Below are positions 39,170 through 49,230 of a stretch of 64,000 nucleotides of DNA, in pieces. The stretch lies in assembly GCA_050012475.1 (NCBI GenBank), contig JBEKHC010000005.1:18587-82586 (forward strand), written 5' to 3'. The stretch comes from Candidatus Velthaea sp. (GTDB lineage Bacteria; Vulcanimicrobiota; Vulcanimicrobiia; Vulcanimicrobiales; Vulcanimicrobiaceae). A model generated the notes under the pieces. That model saw nothing but the letters and a program-made list of their open reading frames with translations, was not told the DNA's origin and did no database searches. How positions within the stretch are numbered: position 1 is the stretch's first letter; every line of letters starts with the position of its first letter. A program made the translations under genes and the position numbers.

Positions 39170-40899
39170 TATTTGCTGCCGGGCAGTGCGAAGACGTAGA
39201 GCCGGCCGCCGGTCGGAATGCCGTCGGTTTTGGTGGCCGGCGCCCAAATCGGCGTCGCGCCGCCGTAGCCGGCGAACACTGCTACGTATTGCTTGCCGTC
39301 GACTTTGTACGTCGTCGGGACGCCGACGATGCCCGAATTGGTCTTATAGGTCCACAGAATCTTGCCGGTCTTGGCGTCGAAGGCCAGGAACTTCTGATCG
39401 AGGGTGCCGGTGAAGACCACGCCGCCGGCAGTGGAGAGTGCCGGGCCGTTGCACGGGAGCTTCGTGTCGTAGCTCCAAGTGCGCTTGCCGGTGCTCATGT
39501 CGATTGCTTGGAACACACCGTAACCATCGGAGCCGGGCTGCGGAACCACCTTGAACGATTCGCCGAGGTATGGCAGGCCGGCCTTATAGTCCGTGCCGAC
39601 GCCTTTCATCGTCATGCACCACTGATTGCTCGGCAGATAGAGCATGTGATTGGTCTGGTCGTACGACGGCGGATACCAATTCGTGCCGCCCAAGAAGCTC
39701 GGGCAGGTGAAGACCGAGGTGCCCAGATGTGGGCGCATCTTCGGATCCGTCACCGGTTTGCCGGCGGCGCTGAAGCCGACCACCGACGTGGCTTTGACGA
39801 AGGGCTTGGCCCACAGGAACTTCCCGTTCGAGCGATCGAGGGCGAACACGTAGCCGTTACGATCGGCGTGAATGAGCGCCTTGACTGTCGAGCCTTTATA
39901 CGGAATGTCCGCGAGGATCTGCGGGCTGGTCGAATCGTAGTCCCAGGTGTCGTGCGGCGTGTATTGATAATACCATTTCAGTTTGCCGGTCGCGGGATCG
40001 AGTGCGACCACCGATTCGGTATAGAGGTTCGTGCCGGGCCGCAGATCTGCCAGCCACGGGCCGGGGTTGCCGACGCCCCAAAAGATCGTCTTCGTTTCGG
40101 GATCGTAACTGCCGGTCAGCCACGTCGAGCCGCCGCCGGTCTTGTACATGCCGGCTTTCCAGGTGTTGCCGCCGGGTTCGCTCGGCGAAGGCACGGTCTG
40201 GAATTTCCAAAGCTGCTCGCCGGTCTTGGCATCGAGCGCGACGATGAAGCCGCGGCCGCCGTATTCTCCGCCGGCGATCCCGGTGATGATCTTGCCGCCT
40301 TCGATGGCCAGCGGTGCGGCCGTCATCGCGTACCCGACGCCCGGATCACGCAGCTGCTTGTTCCAAACGATCTTGCCGGTCATCCCGTCGAACGCGATGA
40401 CGCGGTTGTCGAGCGTCTCCATATAGACATTGTCGCCGTAAAGCGCGACGCCGCGATTGACGACGTCGCAGCACACCGTTTTGAGCGCGGCGGGCGGAAG
40501 CGTGTGGACGTATTTCCAAAGCACTTTGCCGGTCGTTGCATCCATCGCGATGAGATGATCGAGCGGCGTCGTCACGTACATGAAATGTCCGTTGACGATC
40601 GGCGCGGCTTCGTGCCCTTGTTTGAGTCCGGTATCATAGGTGAAGACGGGTTTGAGATCGGCGACGTTGCTCGCCGTGATTTGATCCATCGGAGAGAAGC
40701 CTTGGCTATCCCACGTGCGCCGGTACATCAACCAGCCGTCATCGGTCGCCGCAGCGGTCAGGCGCTCGTCGGTGACGGACGGATATGCCGCCGCCGCGTG
40801 ACTGGGGACCGCGCGGGCGCCGAAAAACGCGGCCGTCGCAAGTGCCGCGATGCCGACATAACTAAAGACGCGACCGCGCCTAGAAAGACGTTCGATCAT
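39169..40899 (-). CDS. PQQ-dependent alcohol dehydrogenase, lanthanide-type motif
   Basis: Vicinal CC (VCCDVVNRG), GGEYG, GNPGPW, HDTWDYD, DRNG, W-motif propeller repeats. Confidence 0.95.
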   Translation of the reverse strand: MIERLSRRGRVFSYVGIAALATAAFFGARAVPSHAAAAYPSVTDERLTAAATDDGWLMYRRTWDSQGFSPMDQITASNVADLKPVFTYDTGLKQGHEAAPIVNGHFMYVTTPLDHLIAMDATTGKVLWKYVHTLPPAALKTVCCDVVNRGVALYGDNVYMETLDNRVIAFDGMTGKIVWNKQLRDPGVGYAMTAAPLAIEGGKIITGIAGGEYGGRGFIVALDAKTGEQLWKFQTVPSPSEPGGNTWKAGMYKTGGGSTWLTGSYDPETKTIFWGVGNPGPWLADLRPGTNLYTESVVALDPATGKLKWYYQYTPHDTWDYDSTSPQILADIPYKGSTVKALIHADRNGYVFALDRSNGKFLWAKPFVKATSVVGFSAAGKPVTDPKMRPHLGTSVFTCPSFLGGTNWYPPSYDQTNHMLYLPSNQWCMTMKGVGTDYKAGLPYLGESFKVVPQPGSDGYGVFQAIDMSTGKRTWSYDTKLPCNGPALSTAGGVVFTGTLDQKFLAFDAKTGKILWTYKTNSGIVGVPTTYKVDGKQYVAVFAGYGGATPIWAPATKTDGIPTGGRLYVFALPGSK

Positions 40900-40924
40900 G
40901 CAAGATCCTTTACGAGTAAGTGAT

Positions 40925-41311
40925 TTACGAGACGACTTCGACGGGTTGTAGAGAGTCGAGTTCCTCGGGCGTATACATGCGCGAACGGGTGAGGAAGCGG
41001 ACGCCTTCGCCGTTCTCGAGGGAGAACATACCGCCTCTCCCTTCGACGACGTCGATGATGAGCTTGGTATGCTGCCAATACTCGAATTGCGAAGCGCTCA
41101 TGTAGAATCCCGCGCCGGCGATCTCGCCGAGTCGCACGTCGGCGCTGCCTAACAGCAGATCGCCAACCGGGTAACACATCGGGCTGCTGCCGTCGCAACA
41201 GCCGCCGGACTGATGGAACATGATGGGGCCGTGGCGCTCCCGCAGCCGCTCGATGAGTTGAGCGGCTGCGGGGGTCGCGTCGACACGCGTCGCCGGTTTA
41301 GAAGAATCCAA
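40925..41311 (-). CDS. DUF779 domain protein
   Basis: [38 protein letters not shown]. Confidence 0.92.
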   Translation of the reverse strand: MDSSKPATRVDATPAAAQLIERLRERHGPIMFHQSGGCCDGSSPMCYPVGDLLLGSADVRLGEIAGAGFYMSASQFEYWQHTKLIIDVVEGRGGMFSLENGEGVRFLTRSRMYTPEELDSLQPVEVVS

Positions 41312-42848
41312 GCTTGTTCGGGTTGTAGTTCACGAGAACGTTCTTCGTCTGCTGATAGTGGTCCAGCATGTCCTTGTGGTTCTCGCGGCCGATGCCGGAT
41401 TGCTTGTATCCACCGAATGCGGCATGCGCCGGATAAGCGTGGTAGTTGTTCACCCATACGCGCCCGGCTTGGATGCCGCGGCCCATCCGGAAAATCGTGC
41501 CGCTATCGCGCGACCAGACTCCGGCGCCCAATCCGTAGAGCGTATCGTTCGCGATCTCGAGCGCTTCGGCTTCGTCTTTGAACGTCGTGACGCTCACGAC
41601 CGGCCCGAAGATCTCTTCCTGGAACACGCGCATCGAGTTCTTGCCTTCGAAGACGGTCGGCTGGACGTAGAAGCCGTCTTTGAACGCACCGTCGAGCTGG
41701 TTGCGCGCGCCGCCGGTCAGGACTTTCGCCCCTTCTGCGCGGCCGATGTCGAAATACGACAGGATCTTTTCAAGTTGCTCGTTCGAGGCTTGGGCGCCGA
41801 TCATCGTGCTGGGATCGAGCGGGTTGCCCTGAACGACGGCCTTAACTCGCGGCAGCACGCGTTCCATGAACTTCTCGTAGATCGATTCTTGAACCAGTGC
41901 ACGCGAGGGGCAGGTGCAGACTTCGCCTTGATTGAGGGCGAACATCGTGAAGCCTTCGAGCGCCTTGTCGAAGAACGCATCGTCGTCGCGCATCACGTCG
42001 GCGAAAAAGACGTTCGGCGATTTACCGCCCAGTTCGAGGGTCACCGGAATCAAGTTCTGCGCGGCGTACTGCATGATGAGCCGGCCCGTGGTCGTCTCAC
42101 CGGTGAAGGCGATCTTGGAGATGCGCTTGTTGGAGGCCAGCGGCTTCCCAGCTTCGAGCCCGAAGCCGTTCACAATGTTAATCACGCCGGGCGGCAGGAG
42201 GTCGGCGATCATCTCGATGAGGACCATGATCGAGGCCGGTGTCTGTTCGGCGGGTTTGAGCACCACGCAATTGCCTGCGGCGATGGCGGGCGCAAGTTTC
42301 CAGACTGCCATGAGGATCGGGAAATTCCACGGAATGATCTGGCCGACGACGCCGAGCGGCTCGTGGAAGTGGTAGGCGATGGTATCAGCATCGATCTGGC
42401 TGATCCCGCCTTCTTGCGCGCGCAGGACGCCGGCAAAGTAGCGGAAGTGATCGATTGCGAGCGGGATATCCGCTAACGTCGTCTCGCGGATCGGTTTGCC
42501 GTTGTCGATGGTTTCCGCAAGGGCCAGCACGGAGAGCTTTTCCTCCATGCGGTCGGCGATCTTGAGGAGGACCCCCGAGCGTTCGGCGACCGACGTCATC
42601 CCCCAACGGGCTCGCGCCTCGTGTGCCGCGTCGAGCGCAAGCTCAACATCGGCTGCGGACGATCGGGCGATCTCGGTAAAAGGTTGCCCGATTACTGGAC
42701 TCACGTTCGGGAAATAGCGCCCGTCTGAGGGCGGCACGAACTTGCCGCCGATGAAGTTGTCGTAGCGCGGGCGGAAGGGATTTTGAACTCCAAGCGTCGT
42801 GAGATCAAACAGCGGCTGTGTCGTCTTGGCCTCTAGTGTAGCAGTCAT
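41298..42848 (-). CDS. aldB: NAD-dependent acetaldehyde dehydrogenase (ExaC/AldB type)
   Basis: [42 protein letters not shown]. Confidence 0.94.
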   Translation of the reverse strand: MTATLEAKTTQPLFDLTTLGVQNPFRPRYDNFIGGKFVPPSDGRYFPNVSPVIGQPFTEIARSSAADVELALDAAHEARARWGMTSVAERSGVLLKIADRMEEKLSVLALAETIDNGKPIRETTLADIPLAIDHFRYFAGVLRAQEGGISQIDADTIAYHFHEPLGVVGQIIPWNFPILMAVWKLAPAIAAGNCVVLKPAEQTPASIMVLIEMIADLLPPGVINIVNGFGLEAGKPLASNKRISKIAFTGETTTGRLIMQYAAQNLIPVTLELGGKSPNVFFADVMRDDDAFFDKALEGFTMFALNQGEVCTCPSRALVQESIYEKFMERVLPRVKAVVQGNPLDPSTMIGAQASNEQLEKILSYFDIGRAEGAKVLTGGARNQLDGAFKDGFYVQPTVFEGKNSMRVFQEEIFGPVVSVTTFKDEAEALEIANDTLYGLGAGVWSRDSGTIFRMGRGIQAGRVWVNNYHAYPAHAAFGGYKQSGIGRENHKDMLDHYQQTKNVLVNYNPNKLGFF

Positions 42849-42943
42849 GCGTCTCCCCGGGTTTGTGGCAAGAAGGTTCCTCTACTAATCGGTGAATTGT
42901 AGCTTAGTTGCGTTAAGAGACATATTCTACGAAAGTTCAATCC

Positions 42944-43564
42944 TTGAAGCGAACGACGCGGATCCTCCTGGCCGACGACCACCCACTCTTCCGGGAAGCG
43001 TTGCGGCATGTGATCGGCGCTTCTTTTTCGCCCACGGAAATCGTCGAGGCTCACAGCTTCGCAGAAACGGTCCGGGCCGCAGTCTCAGACGGCGCTTTTG
43101 ATTTGGCGTTCGTCGATCTTATCATGCCTGGGTCTTCCGACCCGCTTGATGAACTTAGCAAACTGCGCGCGGTGATTCCCGAGACGCCGATCCTCGTCGT
43201 CTCATCCCGCGACGATCGGGAAACGGTCGAGCAGGTGCTCGCTTTGGGAGCCGCGGCATTTATTTCAAAGTCGGCGACCAAGCTGGAGATGGAACGGGCG
43301 ATTCGCAGCGTTCTCGCCGGCGACGTCTACGGTCCGATGGAATTCCATCAGCCGGCGGCAGCGCGATCCGAGATTCTCTCTCCGCGCCAGCGGGCCGTGC
43401 TCGAACTGCTCGCCCGAGGACGCTCGAACCGCCAAATAGCCAGCGATCTCAACGTCGAGGAGTTTACGGTCAAGGCCCACATCTCGGCAATTCTGCGCAA
43501 GCTCAACGTCAAGAGCCGCCTGGAAGCCGTCGTGGTCTCGAAGTCGATCCTCGACGGGCGTTAA
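42944..43564 (+). CDS. NarL/LuxR family response regulator (ErbR/AgmR-like)
   Basis: ADDHPLFREAL, DLIMPG, LSPRQ..VL..GRSNRQIA..TVKAHISAILRKL. Confidence 0.92.
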   Translation: MKRTTRILLADDHPLFREALRHVIGASFSPTEIVEAHSFAETVRAAVSDGAFDLAFVDLIMPGSSDPLDELSKLRAVIPETPILVVSSRDDRETVEQVLALGAAAFISKSATKLEMERAIRSVLAGDVYGPMEFHQPAAARSEILSPRQRAVLELLARGRSNRQIASDLNVEEFTVKAHISAILRKLNVKSRLEAVVVSKSILDGR

Positions 43565-43597
43565 CTCGCTTACTTGCCGACGGTAAAGGGACGACGG

Positions 43598-44023
43598 TCA
43601 GGTTCGCCTTTTTGCGAGCACGCGCAGTCTGGTCGCGGCCGTTCGACGGAGACTCGATTGGAGGATCGTCCAACGCAGGTCGTCGGCATTTTCCAGGTTC
43701 TCGAAAAGGTCGACACCATAGCTATACTGACGAAACTGGGTTGACTCGTGAACGATTCGCCCATCAAAGACGTGCATTCGTTGTGTTCCGTCTTTGCACT
43801 GGAGCGCTCCCGACGGGAACGCAACCGTAATAATGGTCCCGACCGCAATCGGTTCGCCGGCGACCAGCCGCAGACTCGTACTTGAGATCTGGGAGACGTT
43901 CGCGATGATCGGGCCCGATCGACCGGTCGTATATGCCACGACGTGATCGACGGGTACGCGAACGGTACTACGCCGTTCTTCATGCCACCGCTTGTGTGGT
44001 ATGTGTGAGGCACGTTGTTTCAT
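43598..44023 (-). CDS. PilZ-like domain protein
   Basis: ERRSTVRVP (RxxxR) and degenerate QISSTS for D/NxSxxG; YSYGVDL. Confidence 0.6.
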   Translation of the reverse strand: MKQRASHIPHKRWHEERRSTVRVPVDHVVAYTTGRSGPIIANVSQISSTSLRLVAGEPIAVGTIITVAFPSGALQCKDGTQRMHVFDGRIVHESTQFRQYSYGVDLFENLENADDLRWTILQSSLRRTAATRLRVLAKRRT

Positions 44024-44234
44024 TCGTATCTCAATGGCGGAAGCTGGTTGAGAGTTTGACTTCAATATCGGCCGGCGCGCCGAACTCCTGAATCGTGCGC
44101 CTGCGCGGAGCCGGCCTCGGCGAAACGACCCGACGCGGCCGGCCGTAGCCATGCGGCGTTCTGGTTTGGGAAGGCGGGGACACCAAGCGATCTGGAAACG
44201 GCTCGCGTCGCGGGCGCGGCGTATGGGTTCGTCG

Positions 44235-44499
44235 TGCAAGCCCGGGATGAGGCTCGCGTGGCACTCATCCTCTGGGGCAGATGTTGATCGCGACTTTCTG
44301 CGAGATCCGTGCCGGCGACGTCGTCTGGTTCCCGCCCGGGCGGCAGCATTGGCATGGTGCCACGCCGACGACGGTCATGATGCACATCGCCGTTGAAGGA
44401 GCGCTCGACGCGAAGAACGTCGTCGGGATGGAGCAGGTCATCCCCTCAAACGTCCGTTGTTCGCTCAGTTCGGCGCCGCTGCGCATGCCAAAAAGATAG
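44235..44499 (+). pseudogene. Cupin domain gene remnant
   Basis: PGMRLAWH / HPLGQMLI / [22 protein letters not shown] pieces with a frameshift and a missing internal segment. Confidence 0.75.
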
Positions 44500-44645
44500 C
44501 GCTAATTTCGCTGGATTGATTGCGATGCCGGCAGTGCAGCCCGCGCCGGCCGACCCCGAGCGAATTGTAATAAAGGCAGGCAAAAGTACCGATAGAGATT
44601 TTGACAATCATCTGCCGACGAGCCTTCGTCGAGAAAAACACCGGT

Positions 44646-45458
44646 ATGCAACGCTATTCGTCTCCTCTGCTAGGGTTATTCTTGTGCTTGGTCGCGATGT
44701 GCAACTCATCGCCGGCTGCGGCGCAACAAGACGGCTCACCAGCAAACGCCTCGCCGCCTTCAACGTGTTATGCCGACCCGGTGGACCTTCGACCGGGCGG
44801 AGCAGGCAACTATCCGTGGGACGCGCCGGCGTGTGCGGCCGCACGAGCGAAATGGGAAAAAGCACACGTCAAGCGGGTCGCAACAGAGGCCTCGTCTCCG
44901 ATGGTTTCCGCCGCTCCACCGAGCGTTCTTGCTACGGAAACGCCTGCCACCTCATCGGTAGCAATTCCCATGACGACGTTGCCGGGCGGGACGCCAATGA
45001 GCGTCCACCTTACTTCCGAGCTTTCGTCCAGCAGCGCGCACGAAGGCGACACTTTTGGGTTCAGCGTTGCAAACGATGTTCGCTGTAACGGCTGGCTCGT
45101 GATCGCGGCCGGTGCCCAAGGGGTTGGCGAAGTTACAAACGTCGAGAACGCTGGAGGCAACGGCCATTCGGGGAAAGTTGGTCTGAAATTTGACTACGTG
45201 TACGCCGTCGATGGAGCGAAAGTCCGCGTCTCGCAAACCAACAACACAACCGAAGGCGAACAAAAAAAAGGTGCCGCTTCAACTGCAACTATCGCAACAT
45301 ACGCCCTGATTGGGCCGCTCGGTCTCTTTGCGCATAATTGGGTCAAGGGGCACGAGGCGACCATTACACCAAAGACATGGTTCGCAATCTTCGTGGCGGA
45401 TACCGTTCACGTGCAGGCTGCAGACCATACCTCAAACGCCGACGGCTTTGCGCATTAG
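44646..45458 (+). CDS. Secreted hypothetical protein with TrbI/VirB10-like beta-rich pattern
   Basis: Signal peptide; LPGGTPM..LTSELSS..AHEGDTF, GVGEVT, GGNGHSGKVGL. Confidence 0.7.
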   Translation: MQRYSSPLLGLFLCLVAMCNSSPAAAQQDGSPANASPPSTCYADPVDLRPGGAGNYPWDAPACAAARAKWEKAHVKRVATEASSPMVSAAPPSVLATETPATSSVAIPMTTLPGGTPMSVHLTSELSSSSAHEGDTFGFSVANDVRCNGWLVIAAGAQGVGEVTNVENAGGNGHSGKVGLKFDYVYAVDGAKVRVSQTNNTTEGEQKKGAASTATIATYALIGPLGLFAHNWVKGHEATITPKTWFAIFVADTVHVQAADHTSNADGFAH

Positions 45459-45623
45459 CTGATAAGCTTTTGAGCTCGCGATAAACCCGCGAATCATAGC
45501 GACGCCTATGAATCGCAAACCGGTTGGCAGAGGACGGCCCATGAGGACATGGGCCCCCTCCCGAAGTTTCCCGGGGCGCCGAACGGTTACGTTCCTGGGG
45601 CCTGCGTTCACCGGTCGATGCTT

Positions 45624-46004
45624 TCAGGCGACAATTTGTATCTCGCCGATCTCGAGATGGTAGATTTCCGGCAACGCCAACCGCAGGAGCGCGAATTGCC
45701 CGGCTCCGTTTAGGCGCAAAGCCTTCGAGAGACGGTCGACGAACTGCGGCGAGACCCTCACGGCCCGGCCGCTTTCGAAGGAGCGGTACCAGTCGACGCT
45801 CACCCCGACGAGTTCGGCAACTTCACCACGGCGTAGACCAGCCACTCTGCGACGCGAGGTTTGCGGCAAACCAAGCTCGACCGGATCGAGTTGGGATCGG
45901 CAATCCATCAGAAACGCGCGCAACTGTCGCCGCCGGTAAACGTCTTCCCGGATTTGAAGGTAGTCCACATTCAAGGCTGACATCGGAACCGAGATCCTCT
46001 CCAA
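45624..46004 (-). CDS. XRE/HTH_31 (MmyB N-terminus-like) regulator, HTH only
   Basis: LRAFL..RSQLDP..LGL..RRRVAGLRRGEVAELVGVSVDWY. Confidence 0.82.
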   Translation of the reverse strand: MERISVPMSALNVDYLQIREDVYRRRQLRAFLMDCRSQLDPVELGLPQTSRRRVAGLRRGEVAELVGVSVDWYRSFESGRAVRVSPQFVDRLSKALRLNGAGQFALLRLALPEIYHLEIGEIQIVA

Positions 46005-46608
46005 TCAAGATCCTCCTCGCCATCATGTCCCGTATGGCTCCAGGCACTTGCGATCGTACCGTAAGGGGCCAACGCTGTCTGCCCAGTGAAAGTGAACAAA
46101 AGTCATTTGGGGCGGCGCAGTTCTGTCACGTGTTGTAGCAAACAGTCGCGTCCGATGACCCGGGAAGGTGCATCGTCCAAGGCCATGTTTTCAAAATGGC
46201 GACTTGACGAGTGCCTTCGCCGCGGCGACCGGTCGAACCGCAACATCGTTGCGGAGCCCGCGTGGCAATCTGGGTGCGCGTGGCCGCGGGGTCTGAGCCC
46301 CTCAAGGACGCGTGCTTGGCGTCGCTGGTGCGGGTGCCGGACCGCTGCGCGCAACGCGTCAGCGTCGGCGCATGAGCGACCCGAGACGAGCCGCCGCTAA
46401 GAGCCCGGCTCGAAGATCGGCGACATCCTCGAGCGCTGCCGGCCGTAAGGTGCGTGGCCGTACCACGCCGTGCGCCCGACAAAGAGTGAGTGTGACCTAC
46501 TCCCTTACGACACCCAATGGTCACTAGACTTCTGGGGGTGGCAACGATACCGTCTGGCAGCATTTCGGAGGCCTCGGCGATGAGCAATTCTCGATCAGAG
46601 GCACGGCG

Positions 46609-47913
46609 ATGAACCGCCTCCGTTTCTGCAGGACCGTCTCCGGTACATTAGCCGGAATTCCGCTCAGCGCTTCCGCTTTTCAAGAAAGGGCTCGCGCCAT
46701 GAATGTGACTGTAGCCGACCAGACAGGAAGCAGCACGAACGTTGTTCGGCCTTTTCCACCGGTCAACTATTCCGATGCGGATCTGGCAGACTTACGCCGG
46801 CGTATCACAGCGACGCGCTGGCCGACTCGTGAGTTGGTTCAGGACGATACGCAAGGGGTTCAGCTGGCCACGGTACGAGCGCTGGCGCAATACTGGGGCA
46901 CGGACTACGATTGGCGCAAGTGCGAGGCGAAGCTCAACGCAATACCGCAGTTCTTGACCGAGATCGACGGTCAAGAGATTCATTTCATTCACGTGCGTTC
47001 GAAGAATGAAAACGCACTGCCGCTGATCGTGACGCACGGCTGGCCGGGATCGATCATCGAGCAACTCAAGATCATCGAACCGCTGACCGATCCGACGGCG
47101 CACGGTGCAAGCGCAAGCGACGCGTTCCACCTCGTGATCCCGTCGCTGCCCGGACACGGATTCTCGCCGGAACCCAAAACCTTGGGCTGGGACCCCGTGC
47201 GCATCGCAAAGGCCTGGGTCGTGCTGATGGAACGGCTGGGTTACGATCGCTTCGTCGCGCAGGGTGGTGACTGGGGCGCGAACGTCACGCAAGAACTCGC
47301 GTTGCTTGCGCCGACGAAGGTGATCGCAATCCACACGAACATGCCGGGCACCGTCCCGGCGGACATCTTAGCGGCAGCGAAAGCTGACATCAAATCACCG
47401 GTGCCGCTTTCAGGCGACGAGCTTCAAGCCTTCCAGCAGTTGAGTCAATTCTACGCCAAAGAGCTCGGCTACGCGGTTGAAATGACCAACCGCCCGCAAA
47501 CGCTTTACGGACTCAGCGATTCACCCATTGCCCTAGCGGCTTGGATGCTCGACCACGACAAGGACAGTTACGAGATGATCTCGCCGGCGTTTTTCGGGCA
47601 CCCGGGCGGCCTCTCGCGCGACGATGTCCTGGACAACGTCACCCTGTACTGGCTGACGAACACGGGAATCCCGTCGGCTCGTCTGTACTGGGAAAATAAA
47701 CTCGATTTCTTTGACGTCAAAGGCGTTGCCGTACCGGTGGGCGTGAGCGCGTTCCGCTACGAACTTTATCAGGCGCCGCGCAGCTGGTCCGAAAAAGCGT
47801 ATCCAAAGCTGGTTTTCTATAAGAGGCATAGCGTTGGCGGCCATTTCGCCGCCTGGGAACAGCCGCAACTCTTTTCGGAAGACGTTCGCGCGACGTTCCG
47901 ATCTGTGCGCTAG
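46609..47913 (+). CDS. Epoxide hydrolase (EHN domain, alpha/beta fold)
   Basis: THGWPGS, SLPGHGFS, QGGDWG, GGHFAAWEQP. Confidence 0.93.
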   Translation: MNRLRFCRTVSGTLAGIPLSASAFQERARAMNVTVADQTGSSTNVVRPFPPVNYSDADLADLRRRITATRWPTRELVQDDTQGVQLATVRALAQYWGTDYDWRKCEAKLNAIPQFLTEIDGQEIHFIHVRSKNENALPLIVTHGWPGSIIEQLKIIEPLTDPTAHGASASDAFHLVIPSLPGHGFSPEPKTLGWDPVRIAKAWVVLMERLGYDRFVAQGGDWGANVTQELALLAPTKVIAIHTNMPGTVPADILAAAKADIKSPVPLSGDELQAFQQLSQFYAKELGYAVEMTNRPQTLYGLSDSPIALAAWMLDHDKDSYEMISPAFFGHPGGLSRDDVLDNVTLYWLTNTGIPSARLYWENKLDFFDVKGVAVPVGVSAFRYELYQAPRSWSEKAYPKLVFYKRHSVGGHFAAWEQPQLFSEDVRATFRSVR

Positions 47914-47940
47914 ACGAAGCGAAGTAAGAAGGAGCTCGGG

Positions 47941-48702
47941 ATGAAGCGTCTCTGGATCTCTGCGCTTTCCCTATTGGTCGTCGTGTCGGGGACGTTGAGC
48001 GCGCGCGCCGTGACACCCGTGAAAAACATCCTTTTGGTGCACGGCGCCTTTGCCGATGGATCGAGTTGGTCTAAAGTGATCCCGCTGCTTCAGGCAAAGG
48101 GCTACAACGTCATCGCCGTTCAGAATCCGCTTTCATCGCTTGCCGATGACGTCGCTGCTACGAAGCGCGCGCTTGCGCAAGCGGACGGTCCGGTGATCCT
48201 CGTCGGCCATTCCTGGGCCGGAATGGTCATCAGTGAAGCGGGAAGGGATCCCAAAGTCGCAGCCTTGGTGTACATCTCCGCCCTCGTACCGAAAAAGGGT
48301 CAATCGGCGGCCGATACGACCAAGGGATATCCCGTTGCTCCGGGCTCTGCACAAGCGAAACCGGATGCTGCGGGCTACCTGAGCCTGACCCGTAAGGGCG
48401 TTGACGACGACTTCGTTCCCGAACTGCCTGCCGTTGAGCGTAGGATCGTGTATGCGACGCAGGGGCCTTGGAACTCCGCCGCTCTATCGGAGAAGGTTCT
48501 GAACCCGGCGTGGCAGTCGAAGCCGTCATGGTTGATCGCAGACGCCAACGATCGCATGGTGCCACCGCAGTATGAACGCGATACCGCAAAGCAAATTCAT
48601 GCGAAGTTGACGATCCTTGCAGCCGGTCACGTACCGATGCTCTCGATGCCGGGTCGCGTTGCGGCCGTGATCATCGACGCTGCCAATGTCTCGGCGAAAT
48701 AG
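47941..48702 (+). CDS. Secreted alpha/beta hydrolase
   Basis: Signal peptide, LVHGAFADGSSW, GHSWAG, GHVPM. Confidence 0.9.
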   Translation: MKRLWISALSLLVVVSGTLSARAVTPVKNILLVHGAFADGSSWSKVIPLLQAKGYNVIAVQNPLSSLADDVAATKRALAQADGPVILVGHSWAGMVISEAGRDPKVAALVYISALVPKKGQSAADTTKGYPVAPGSAQAKPDAAGYLSLTRKGVDDDFVPELPAVERRIVYATQGPWNSAALSEKVLNPAWQSKPSWLIADANDRMVPPQYERDTAKQIHAKLTILAAGHVPMLSMPGRVAAVIIDAANVSAK

Positions 48703-48717
48703 GCGTCGGGAAGCGAC

Positions 48718-48940
48718 ATGCTCATCCAGTCCATTCATTTCACGTTTGCTCCCGAAGATGCAGACCGCGCTGAAGCGATGCTCCGAGAGTTGGGCGAGCG
48801 TGTTCGCCTTGTGGGAACAGTATCGAGACGGCGCCGCTTTCGACGCTCATGCGGCGACGGACCACTACAAGCGGCTCGTGCTAGGCGGCCTGCGGCCTCT
48901 GGCTCTGCAGCGGGATGGAGAAATCGTGTTTCCCCTCTGA
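48718..48940 (+). pseudogene. ABM/putative quinol monooxygenase with internal deletion and frameshift
   Basis: MLIQSIHFTFAPEDADRAEAMLREL joined out of frame to SVFALWEQYRD..AFDAH..TDHY. Confidence 0.75.
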
Positions 48941-49080
48941 CGTCGCTGCGCTCGTCCCGCTGCCTCGTTCGAGGCAACCGCCTTGCGCACCATACTGCGC
49001 ACACCGCGAACGTTCTCGGCCGGGTTGCATCCGCTCCGGGTTCTTCTGGCCAACCGACACAGGCAATTGAGGAGATTGCG

Positions 49081-49185
49081 ATGAGCACTATCGACAAAGC
49101 ACTGAAAGCAAATCAGGCGTATGCTTTGGACCTGGAGACCGGTCTCATCAGCGAAGTCGGGGTTTTACAGCCCACCGCCCCCTGA
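49081..49185 (+). pseudogene. Collapsed beta-carbonic anhydrase remnant
   Basis: GAGGAG RBS; MSTIDKALKANQAYA fused directly to LDLETGLISEV, resembling both termini of small beta-CAs. Confidence 0.6.
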
Positions 49186-49230
49186 GAGACGGCGGCCTTC
49201 CAAGGTCGATTCCGCGGGAGAAAATCACAC

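Noticed and set aside
33834..40923. 611-aa and 640-aa antisense ORFs opposite iolD and the PQQ-ADH
   Set aside because: Same high-GC shadow effect; no independent coding signal
46124..46152. Third ECF41-like site (TGTCACG...CGCGTC)
   Set aside because: Mismatch in the -35 box, wrong spacing, and far from the next start codon
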